Below, piece by piece: positions 13,746 to 27,000 of a stretch of 64,000 nt of DNA. Origin of the DNA: Eledone cirrhosa (Eukaryota); contig OZ024765.1 of NCBI GenBank assembly GCA_964016885.1, forward strand, positions 20,770,001 through 20,834,000. Direction: 5' to 3'. A program made the translations under genes and the position numbers. Positions within the stretch are counted from its first letter, which is position 1. Each line of letters starts with the position of its first letter. Below the pieces are notes generated by a model. That model was not told where the DNA came from, did not search any database, and saw nothing but the letters and a program-made list of their open reading frames with translations.

Positions 13746-13982
13746 AACTACCCCACCTGTCTACTGAGATCATTGATGTTATATTCTTATAGAAATCTAG
13801 TAAATAATCAGGAGCTGATTATGCAGAGCGGTTGTTGGTCAGGCAGAAATTAAAAATTAGAATTGGAGCTCTGAAATAGCAATATATATATGGATGTATA
13901 TATAATGTATCAGCTCCTGATTATTTACTAGATTTCTATAAGAATATAACATCATTGATCTCAGTAGACAGGTGGTGTAGTC

Positions 13983-14026
13983 GGCCTTGATAAGCTTCAA
14001 CCAAAGCGAAACAAGTCTTGTCGGCT
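13983..14026 (+). ncRNA. Type-I hammerhead, U3-A8 core variant
   Basis: Identical inverted copy of 13702-13745; GUC triplet at 14020-14022. Confidence 0.75.
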
Positions 14027-14288
14027 TATCTCCCCTGTTTGCTGAGATCAAAGTGAGTGAATTTGTCACTACTTTAAAACAATAGCTTATGGTCTTCAAA
14101 ATGCTTTTAATTAAGCATAAAGTGTATTGCAAAATACATTATATATACATCCATATATATATTGCTATTTCAGAGCGCCAATTCTAATACATATATATAT
14201 ATACATATATACATATATACATACATATATACATATACATACACATATATATACATATACATATATATATACATACATATACATACAC

Positions 14289-14325
<37 letters not shown>

Positions 14326-14398
14326 CATATATATATATACATACATATATAAATACATATATATACATACATATATATACATATATATATATACATAC

Positions 14399-14431
<33 letters not shown>

Positions 14432-14614
14432 CATATATATATATACATACATATACATATATACATACATATACATATATATATATACATATACATATAC
14501 ATATATATATATACATATACATATATATATATACATATATATATATACATATATATATATACATATATATATATACATATATATATACACATATATATAT
14601 ACATACATATATAT

Positions 14615-14647
<33 letters not shown>

Positions 14648-14654
14648 CATACAT

Positions 14655-14685
<31 letters not shown>

Positions 14686-15070
14686 CATACATACATATAC
14701 ATACATACATACATATACATATATATATATATATACATACATATACATACATACATACATATACATATATATATATATATACATACATACATACATACAT
14801 ACATATACATATATATATATATATATACATACATACATACATATATATATACATATATACATACATACATATATATATACATACATACATACATACATAT
14901 ATATATACATACATACATATACATATACATATACATACATATACATATATATATACATACATATACATATATATATACATACATATACATATATATATAC
15001 ATATATATATACATACATATACATATACATATATATACATACATATATATATACATACATATATATATAC

Positions 15071-15119
<49 letters not shown>

Positions 15120-15625
15120 CATACATATATATACATATATATACATATATATACATATACATACAAATATATACATATACATACATACATATATATATAT
15201 ATACATACATATATATACATATACATACATATATATATATAAACATACATATATATACATATATACATACATACATATATATACATATATACATACATAT
15301 ACATATATACATACATATACACGTATATATATATATATATATACATACATATATATATACATATATATACATATATATATACATACATACATATATATAT
15401 ATATACATACATACATATATATATATATACATACATACATATATATACATATATATATACATACATATATATACATATATATATACATACATATATATAC
15501 ATATATATATACATACATATATATACATATATATATACATACATATATACATATATATATATATAGATACATATACATACATATATATATACATACATAT
15601 ATATACATATATATACATACATATA

Positions 15626-16217
15626 TATGGTGGCTGCCAACTCGTTTTCGAGTACGGCCACTACTTTATATCCATGTAGGAGAACCCCTACCGATGCGCT
15701 GAACGAGTGTGACTTTTTAGTCGAGCCAGCGACTTGAAAACTCTGGTACAAACACTACACTTGTGACAATTACTGACACATAGTGCTGGGCCCATGGTAC
15801 CATGTGACGACAAGTGCAGAGAGATCTCCAGATATAAAGCAATGCCTGTGCCGTGAAGCTTTTATAGTGAGCAAAGGCACTGCACAAAGCCAGTCCCACT
15901 CTCTTAACCAAGATGATATTTACCAAAAAGAAGAACAAGTCAACATCATTGGATACCATCAGGGTTGCAGGTGTTATATCAGAGTTTTCCTTCTCCTAGA
16001 ATTCTGCCTTGACAAAGGCTAAGGGGTCATCTCTCCCGGTGATTTTGGATGGCCATTGACTCTTAAGAGCTCCTTTGCCCTTTGACAGGTTTTGTTTTTA
16101 GTCCTGCAGGATGTCCAAAGTCACCCTCCTCACCAAGAAACCTTGGTGGGGTTGCCAGTTTAGTCGCCAACGACCCGACCATGGGACAGGTTGTACTGGG
16201 ATACATGTTACCAGTAC
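15626..16217 (-). mobile_element. Non-autonomous bipartite RTE derivative N2, copy 1
   Basis: RTE-type 5'UTR joined to a last C2H2 finger ([22 protein letters not shown]) and the 3' stem-loop TGGCcgtaCTCGaaaaCGAGttggcaGCCA. Confidence 0.85.
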
Positions 16218-16634
16218 ATACATATATATATACATATATATACATACATATATATACATATATATACATACATATATATATACATATATATACATATACA
16301 TATACATATATATACATATACATATATATATATACATATATATACATACATATATATATATACACATATATATACATACATATATATATACATACATATA
16401 TATATACATATATATACATACATATATATATACATATATATACATATACATATATATAAATATATATATATACATATATATATATACATATATATATATA
16501 CATATATATATATACATATATATAACACATATATATACATATATATACATACATAAATATACATATATATACATACATATATATACATATATATACATAC
16601 ATATATATACATATATATACATACATATATATAC

Positions 16635-16671
<37 letters not shown>

Positions 16672-16774
16672 CATATATATACATATATATACATACATAT
16701 ATATACATATATATACATACATATACATACATATATATACATATATATACATACATATACATATATATATATAC

Positions 16775-16811
<37 letters not shown>

Positions 16812-16925
16812 CATATATATACATACATATATATACATATACATATACATATATATATACATACACACATATATATATACATATATATATACATATATAT
16901 ACATACATATATATAACTTTGAACT

Positions 16926-17961
16926 TTGGGCCCACTTCTCTTCATCATCTATATTAATGACATCACTGACATCATCAAACACAGCAACATTAAAATTTTC
17001 GCTGATGATTCCAAGCTCCAAAAGGTCATCAATGGCGTGGATGACCGGATAAGCCTTCAGTCAGACCTACTGGCTGTTACCCAATGGGCAGAAAAGAACA
17101 ACATGTTACTGAACGAAGACAAATTCGAACTGATCCACTTTGGAAAAGAGGATGCTCCGAAACTCCCGTACTCCCTTCCCTCCGGGGAAACTCTCGTGGC
17201 ATCTAACAACATCAGAGACTTGGGAGTAACCGTGGACAGCAACATAAGCTGGACCACGCATATAAGCAGCAAAGTTGACATGGCCCGCAGAATGTGTTCC
17301 TGGATCCTCAGAACCTTCCAGTCGAGAGATTCCCGCACCATTATCCTTCTCTTCTCTACTTTCGCCCGACCACACCTTGAATACTGTTGTCCACTGTGGT
17401 CTCCCCACACGAAACAAAGTATCATGAAACTTGAAGCTCCTCAAAGGGCAATCACGAAAAAGATAGATGGCATGTCAGACCTTGACTACTGGGGTCGATT
17501 AGAAAACCTGAAACTTTACTCACTCCAACGTCGCCGTGAGCGTTATATTATCTGCATGATGTGGAAAATGTTCCATCATCACTGCCCAAATGATGTTGGC
17601 ATCGCCTTCAAGATACACCCAAGGCTTGGGCCCCGTGCTATCCGTCCCATTCAAAAATCTAAATCGAAACTCATAACAACAATACGGCACCATTATTTCA
17701 CCTCAATCGGCCCTGCTCTCTTCAACATCACACCAGGACACGTCAAAACAGAAACTGACCACACAAAATTCAAGAAGTCTTTGGACAAATTCCTCCAAGT
17801 AATCCCAGACAAACCACCCACACCGGATATGTCTCCGCAAACAGTAATTCTCTTCTCGAATGGGCCATGGTGCCCAAATCCTGAATTGAAAGACTTCGCC
17901 AGGTGGTGCTATTAAGTTAGACATGGCCTGGGCCAATACTGGCCAAAACATTTCAAAGTTA
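16926..17961 (+). mobile_element. CR1-like LINE family A, copy 2
   Basis: Near-identical to 5095-6130; 1-bp deletion near the C-terminus. Confidence 0.95.
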
Positions 17962-18102
17962 TATACATACATATATATACATACATATACATATATATAC
18001 ATATACATATACATATATACATATATATATATACATATATATACATATATATATACATATATATACATATATATACATATATATATATATACATATATAT
18101 AT

Positions 18103-19893
18103 ACCATGGGTGAGATACTGCAGAAACAATACTGCTCTGTTTTCAGCAATCCTGATATGGCCGATCTGGGCTGTATCGGCGATGTTACTCCCCATTACAC
18201 CTTATCGGACATAACGTTTGGCGCCCCTGATGTCTTGGCGGCAATAAAGGAAATCAAGCATAATTCAGCAGTAGGTCCCGATAGGTTCCCTGCTTGTGTC
18301 TTGAAGGCGTGTCAACACCAACTTGCTTCTCCTCTTGCCAATCTGTGGCGGAACTCACTGGATGCTGGATATGTGCCAGAAAACCTTCTATCCCAGTCTG
18401 TTGTCCCAGTTTTCAAAAAGGGAAACAAATCCCTTGCCGTGAATTACCGTCCAATCTCACTCACCTCTCATATCATTAAGGTATTTGAGAGAGTGGTGAG
18501 ATCGCGAATGACCCACTTCCTTGAGAGTAACAATATGCTGAACTCCAACCAGCATGGATTCCGTAATGGAAGGGATTGCCTGACGCAACTACTGCATCAC
18601 TTTGATGACATTTTGAGAGCCTTGGGAGAGGGTTCCAACACTGATGTTATCTACCTTGATTTCAGCAAGGCCTTTGACAGGGTTGATCATAACATTCTAC
18701 TGAGAAAGCTGTCCAATATTGGTGTCACTGGAAAGCTGCTGCAGTGGATCAAGAGCTTCCTGTCAAACAGAACCCAACATGTTGTAGTTGAGGGAGTCAA
18801 ATCAAGCCCAGCCAAAGTCAGTAGTGGGGTGCCACAAGGCACTGTGTTGGGCCCACTTCTCTTCATCATCTATATTAATGACATCACTGACATCATCAAA
18901 CACAGCAACATTAAAATTTTCGCTGATGATTCCAAGCTCCAAAAGGTCATCAATGGCGTGGATGACCGGATAAGCCTTCAGTCAGACCTACTGGCTGTTA
19001 CCCAATGGGCAGAAAAGAACAACATGTTACTGAACGAAGACAAATTCGAACTGATCCACTTTGGAAAAGAGGATACTCTGAAACTCCCGTACTCCCTTCC
19101 CTCCGGGGAAACTCTCGTGGCATCTAACAACATCAGAGACTTGGGAGTAACCGTGGACAGCAACATAAGCTGGACCACGCATATAAGCAGCAAAGTTGAC
19201 ATGGCCCGCAGAATGTGTTCCTGGATCCTCAGAACCTTCCAGTCGAGAGATTCCCGCACCATTATCCTTCTCTTCTCTACTTTCGCCCGACCACACCTTG
19301 AATACTGTTGTCCACTGTGGTCTCCCCACACGAAACAAAGTATCATGAAACTTGAAGCTCCTCAAAGGGCAATCACGAAAAAGATAGATGGCATGTCAGA
19401 CCTTGACTACTGGGGTCGATTGGAAAACCTGAAACTTTACTCACTCCAACGTCGCCGTGAGCGTTATATTATCTGCATGATGTGGAAAATGTTCCATCAT
19501 CACTGCCCAAATGATGTTGGCATCGCCTTCAAGATACACCCAAGGCTTGGGCCCCGTGCTATCCGTCCCATTCAAAAATCTAAATTGCAACTCATAACAA
19601 CAATACGGCACAATTATTTCACCTCAATCGGCCCTGCTCTCTTCAACATCACACCAGGACACGTCAAAACAGAAACTGACCACACAAAATTCAAGAAGTC
19701 TTTGGACAAATTCCTCCAAGTAATCCCGGACAAACCACCCACACCCGGATATGTCTCCGCAAACAGTAATTCTCTTCTCGAATGGGCCATGGTGCCCAAA
19801 TCCTGAATTGAAAGACTTCGCCAGGTGGTGCTATTAAGTTAGACATGGCCTGGGCCAATACTGGCCAAAACATTTCAAAGTTATTCAAAGTTA
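18103..19893 (+). mobile_element. CR1-like LINE family A, copy 3
   Basis: Near-identical to 4350-6140; RT frame open to the stop at 19806. Confidence 0.95.
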
Positions 19894-20308
19894 TACATAT
19901 ATATACATACATATATATACATATATATACATACATATATATACATATATATACATACATATATATACATATATATACATATATATACATATATATACAT
20001 ACATATATATACATATATATATACATATACATATATATACACATATATATACACATATATATATATACATATATATATACATATATATACATATATATAT
20101 ATACATATACATATATATATACATATATATACACATATATATATATACATATATATATACATATATATACATATATATATATACATATATACATATATAT
20201 ATATACATATACATATATATATATATACATATATATACACATATATATACATATATATATATATACATATACATATATATATACATATATATACATACAT
20301 ATATATAC

Positions 20309-20339
<31 letters not shown>

Positions 20340-20340
20340 C

Positions 20341-20391
<51 letters not shown>

Positions 20392-20392
20392 C

Positions 20393-20425
<33 letters not shown>

Positions 20426-20498
20426 CATATATATACATATATATATATACATATATATATATACATATATATATATACATATATATATATATACATAC

Positions 20499-20537
<39 letters not shown>

Positions 20538-20973
20538 CATATATATACATATATATATATATATATACATATATATACATATATATATATACATATATAT
20601 ATATACATATATATATATACATATACATATATATATATACATATATATACATACATATATATACATATATATATATACATATACATATATATATATACAT
20701 ATATATACATACATATATATACATATATATATATACATATATATATATACATATATATATATACATTACATATATATATATACATACATATATATATATA
20801 CATATATATACATATATATATATACATATATATATATACATATATATATATACATATATATATATACATATATATATATACATATATATATATACATATA
20901 TATACATATATATACATACATATATATACATATATATACATACATATATATACATATACATATATATATATAC

Positions 20974-21029
<56 letters not shown>

Positions 21030-21031
21030 AC

Positions 21032-21107
<76 letters not shown>

Positions 21108-21157
21108 ATATATATATATATATATATACATATATAAATGTACATATATATACATAC

Positions 21158-21206
<49 letters not shown>

Positions 21207-21294
21207 CATATATATATATATACATATATATATATACACACATACATATATATACACACATACATATACATATATACATATATATATACATTAA

Positions 21295-21907
21295 TATGGT
21301 GGCTGCCAACTCGTTTTCAAGTACGGCCACTACTTTATATCCATGTAGGAGAACCCCTACTGATGCGCTGAACAAGTGTGGCTTTTTAGTCCAGCCAGCG
21401 ACTCGAAAACTCTGGTACAAACACTACACCTGTGACAATTATTGACACATAGTGCTGGGCCCATGGTACCATGTGACGACAAGTGCAGAGAGATCTCCAG
21501 ATATAAAGCAATGCCTGTGCTGTGAAGCTTTTATAGTGAGCAAAGGTACTGCACAAAGCCAGTCCCACTCTCTTAACCAAGATGATATTTACCAAAAAGA
21601 AGAACAAGTCAACATCATTAGCTACCATCAGGGTTGCAGGTGTTATATCAGAGTTTTCCTTCTCCTAGAATTCTGCCTTGACAAAGGCTAAGGGGTCATC
21701 TCTCCCTGTGATTTTGGATGGCCATTGACTCTTAAGAGCTCCATTGCTCTTTGACAGGTATTGTTTTTAGTCCTGCAGGATGTCCAAAGTCACCCTCCTC
21801 ACCAAGAAACCTTGGTGGGGTTGCCAGTTTAGTCGCCAACGACCCGACCATGAGACGGCTTGTACTGGGATATATGTTACTAGTAGCACCAACTGGTGAC
21901 CTGACAT
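21295..21907 (-). mobile_element. N2 copy 2 (apparently complete, starts CAGGTCAC)
   Basis: Colinear with 15626-16217. Confidence 0.85.
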
Positions 21908-22071
21908 ACATATATATATATATATACATACATATATAAAAGAAGTAACAGGAGGTTGGACTGGTGTAAATCCTTGAAAGGTTTATTATACTATAATCAT
22001 TTCAAGGATTGACCAGTTCTATCCAGTGTTGAACCAACAAACCTTAAGTACATACATATATATACACACAC

Positions 22072-22102
<31 letters not shown>

Positions 22103-22168
22103 TATATATACACACATATATACACACACATACATATATATACACATATATATATATACATACATACA

Positions 22169-22541
22169 TATGGTTGCTGCCAACTCGTTTTCAAGTACGG
22201 CCACTACTTTATATCCATGTAGGAGAACCCCTACCGATGCGTTAAACAAGTGTGACTTCTTAGTCCAGCCAGTGACTTGAAAACTCTGGTACAAACACTA
22301 CACCTGTGACAATTATTGATACATAGTGCTGGGCCCATGGCACCACGTGATGACAAGTGCAGAGAGATCTCCAGATATAAAGCAATGCCTGTGCCGTGAA
22401 GCTTTTATAGTGAGCAAAGGCACTGCACAAAGCCAGTCCCACTCTCTTAACCAAGATGATATTTACCAAAAAGAAGAACAAGTTAACATCATTGGATACC
22501 ATCAGGGTTGCAGGTGTTATATCAGAGTTTTCCTTCTCCTA
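22169..22541 (-). mobile_element. N2 copy 3 (5'-truncated)
   Basis: Colinear with the 3' 370 bp of the other N2 copies. Confidence 0.85.
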
Positions 22542-22695
22542 TTTATAAAATTTATAAAATTTATAATAATTTGAAGTGAAAGCAACTGGTGCGTGTTTCT
22601 TATTGGCAACATGACCCTCCCAAAATATAACAATATCGGTTTCAACACACGTTTTCAGATAAAGAATCTTGCTAAACAAATTCAGAAACGAAATA
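22542..22695 (+). mobile_element. Solo pLTR tail of the PLE family at 30428-31162
   Basis: gaagtgaaagcaactggtgcgtgtttcttattggcaacatgaccctccc... is shared with 31099-31162 and, inverted, with 30428-30530. Confidence 0.75.
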
Positions 22696-22789
22696 TATAT
22701 ATATATATATATATAATATATATATATGTATGTATGTATGTATAAACATACATTCATATATATATATATATATATGTGTGTGTATATAA

Positions 22790-22870
<81 letters not shown>

Positions 22871-22939
22871 CTTATATATATATACATATATATATATAAA
22901 TATGCATGTGTATATATATATATATATACCTAAATACAA

Positions 22940-22970
<31 letters not shown>

Positions 22971-23210
22971 CACATATATATGTGTGTGTATATAAATATA
23001 TATTTATACATACACACACACACACACACGTGCGTGTGTGTGTGTATATATATATGCTTATATATATATACATATATATATAAATATGCATGTGTATATA
23101 TATATATATATATATAAATATATACATTATGAAGACTGTCTCCCCCTCCGCCTTTTGGGATTCTTTCTCACGTCGTGTAGACGCGTTCTTGAGACTAGTA
23201 AAATGAGGTA

Positions 23211-23298
23211 TCCTCTTGATAAGTCGGCAGACCTCGCAAGGACTCTATATCTTTGATATATTGTTTTTGTTTATGCCACGAAACTACGTAGTCGAGGA
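23211..23298 (+). ncRNA. Type-I hammerhead, U3-A8 core, long loop II (in PLE-like remnant ~23128-23490)
   Basis: TCCTC TTGATAA GTcGGCA..44 nt..TGCCAC GAAAC TACGTA GTC GAGGA; palindromic stem III ACTACGTAGT. Confidence 0.8.
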
Positions 23299-23967
23299 AT
23301 TTAGGAACAGTTTAGGTATGATACATTTTATTACTAATTATATCTAAATGTTTCTTCTCTCTTCATAATGTATTTTTAACTCTGATACTGGTTCAGTCTG
23401 GTTCAAACTGAATTGGTCTGTCCCAGTCATTCATTGAGCAACATCGGTGAAGTTGGCACCCTTAACTCACAGTTGGGTGCGGATGCATTCATGTATATAT
23501 GTGTGTGTCCGCATGTATCTGTGTGTTTCTAAATATATATAAATATATATATATATACATAAATACAAGTGTGTGTGTGTGTGTGTGTATATATAGATAG
23601 ATATAGAAACAATTATATATATATGCATACATACATACACACACATATCTGTGTATATATGTGTATATAACATTTTTTATTTACAGTAGAATCTCCAGGA
23701 ATTCCTCTGTGACAAACTCAATCATGCTGCCAAATCACTCATCTAAATCGATTTTTAAATCCCCAGGGAGAAACATTTATAGTGGTTTTATAGAGATCAA
23801 TAAAACATTCTAAAACTCTACATTTTAATGTCGTCTACTTCTTCCAGTTCAGAAATACATTGAAAAATTTACTGACATCACACTTTCAGGCTATCAATTA
23901 GAAAGCATGTGTGTATATATATATGTGTGTATGTATGTGTGTGTGTGTATATATATATATATAAATA

Positions 23968-24006
<39 letters not shown>

Positions 24007-24011
24007 AAATA

Positions 24012-24077
<66 letters not shown>

Positions 24078-24080
<3 letters not shown>

Positions 24081-27000
24081 TGAGTGTGTATGCTCCTAAT
24101 ATGAATTCTGTCGATGAAGAAAAAGTGTCCTTTTACCATGCCTTGAAAGGTGTTTTAAGAAATATCCGTCAGGCAGACAAAGTGATCGTGCTTGGTGACT
24201 TTAATGCTAGAGTGGGTAGGGATTTTAACACATGGAATGTAATCGGAAGGCATGGGGTGGGAAAGTGTAACAACAATGGTATGCTCCTGCTGCAGATGTG
24301 CGAGGAGTTGGATCTGTGTGTTACCAACCACCATGTTCCAACAAAAGAACAAATTTAAGACTACATAGATGCATCCGGCATCTAAGGAATGGCATCTTTT
24401 GGACTACGTCCTTGTCAGGATGCGTGATGTGCAGTGTGTTCCTGGAGCTGAGTGCTGGACGGACCACTGCCTGGTTGCGCGCAAAGTGAAACAATCACTA
24501 AACGTAAAATCCGGGCTCCTCGTGTTGCACTGCCCAGAAGATTGAATGCTGCTCGTCTTAGGGATAAAGATGTGGAGAGGACATTGCGAGAAGAGATGCA
24601 TGTTGCAGATCTTGGTGAGGATTGGCCGTCCCTTAAAAAGTCGGTTTATGATGTAGGCAGGCGTGTTCTGGGATTGGTGCAGAGAAAACATCAGGACTGG
24701 TTTAATGAGAATGATGAACATATAGAAGACTTGTTGGCTGATAAGAGGCATGCTCTGTCACACTACTTGACAGCAAAACCACAGGAGAGGAATACGTTGC
24801 ATGAGGAACCCAAGGATATGAAATCACGTGTGAGTCAAAGTCTTTCTCAGATGAAGGATCAATGGTGGAGTGAGAAGGTTGTTGAGATACAAGCTGTGTC
24901 AGATTCCAATAACACAAAGCTGTTGTACAGTCTCTTGCGTGAAGTTTATGCACCGTCTTCTTTTCTGGTGACACCGCTTCGCAGCAAGGATGGCAAAGAA
25001 CTTCTTCGTGACTCACAAGGAATTCTATGAAGGTGGCGAGAGCACTTTCATGAACTTTTGAATCAGCCGTCTGTCGTCAATGAAGATTTCCTCAATCTCA
25101 TTCCAGAAAATCCTGTAAAAGTAGCTCTCGCAGAACCTCCGACGCTTGTGGAGGTTGCAGTAGCTATCTCGAAGCTGAACAGTGGAAGGTCTCCAGGTAT
25201 GGATGTCATACATGCAGAGCTCCTACAATATAGTGGTGAGAGACTCCTGCAACATCTTCACTCTTTGTTTGGCAGGATATGGGCTAATGAATCTGTACCT
25301 GAGGACTGGAGGGATGCAGTAATGGTGGTCTTGTACAAGGGAAAGGGTAACAGGAATGATTGTGGGAACTACAGAGGTATATCATTGCTTTCTGTCGTAG
25401 GGAAAGTTTTATGTAGGGTGCTTCTGGACCGTCTGCTGACACATTGCAGATTGTGTTCTTCCTGAAAGTCAATCTGGTTTTCGTGCTGGACGCGGCACTA
25501 CTGATATGATCTTCCCAGCTAGACAGCTCCAGGTGAAGTGCAGGGAACAAGGTTTGGATCTGTATCAGGTTTTTGTCGCTCTGACAAAAGCTTTCGATAC
25601 TGTTAACAGAAAGGCATTATGGAAGGTTCTCCAGAAACTTGGTTGTCCTGATAAGTTCCTTGCTTTGGTTAGGTCTTTCCATAATGACATGAAGGCTTGG
25701 GTTAATGTCGGAGGTAACATGTCGGAACCTATCTCAGTAAAAAATGGAGTGAAACAGGGGGATATTCCAGCACTGACCCTGTTTGCCATATACTTTGCAA
25801 TGGTTTTCTGTATTGCATTCAGGAATTGCGAGCATGGTGTTTACATCCAATATCGAATCTCAGGCAGCATATTTAACATCAGGCACTTTGTTGCAAAAAC
25901 AAAAGTATTTACATCAATAATAAGAGACTTCTTGTTGCAGATGATTGCAAACTTGTAGTGCACAGAGAGAGTGATATGCAACACATTTTGAATGCATTTT
26001 CTGATGCTTGCACGGCCCTAGGATTGACTGTCAGTCTCAACAAAACCGCTGTCATGTACCAACCTGCCCCTGGTAAGCAGTACAGTGAACCAAATATCTA
26101 TGTGTATAGTAAACGACTTAGAGTGGTTGATCAGTTTGTCTACCTGGAAAGCACTCAGTTTGTCTACATGGAAGCACTCCGTTGGAGTGGTCACCTTGCC
26201 AAGATGAAGGATTCTAGAATACCAAAACAAACCTTGATAATGAAATCTCACTCAGGATTAGGAAAGCAAGTGATGCTTTCGGAAAGCTAGAAAGGCGACT
26301 CTGGGGTCGGCGAGACATATGCAAGAAGACAAAAGTAATGGTGTATAAGACATGTGTTCTCTCTTCTCTTCTTTATGCCTGTGAGACCTGGGTCACATAT
26401 CGACACCACCTTAAGCAATTGGAGCGTTTCCATCAGATGTGTCTCAGACGGATCCATGGCGTTCACTGGAGGGACCACATCAGTGATGTCGAGATTTTGG
26501 AAAGCTCTATGTGTGACAGTATAGAAGATCTTGTGCTGAAGCAACGACTCCGTTGGAGTGGTCACCTTGCCAGGATGAAGGATTCTAGAATACCAAAACA
26601 ACTCTTCTATGGAGAGTTAGTTAAAGGAAAACGACCGCCACATAAACCAAAAAAGAGGTATAAGGATTCCTTGAAAGCCTCTTTGAAAGACGCTAACATC
26701 TCTGCTGATACATGGGAAAATGTTGCTGCTGATGGTAATAAATGGAGAAAGACTGTTTATGAGGGAAAAGTTGCCTTTGAGGCATCTCGAATCGCATACG
26801 ATAAAGTAAAGCAGGATGTGAGGAAGGGCATTACTGTTGCATTTCCAGACGGCGAGGGTCCTCCTATGGCGCTGACATGCAGCGTCTGTGCGAGACTCTG
26901 CCTAAGCAAAGCTGGACTCGAAAGTCATCTTCGCAGTCATAAAGTAAGACCAGTGGTTGACTACCAGGCTGCTGTTGGAGATGCTACTCATCATGCTTGC

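Larger units (their letters stand above)
13577..14187. mobile_element. PLE-type inverted pLTR pair
   Basis: 13577-13819 and 13909-14150 are near-identical inverted copies. 13858-13908 is the reverse complement of 14136-14186. Each long arm has a hammerhead. Confidence 0.75.
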
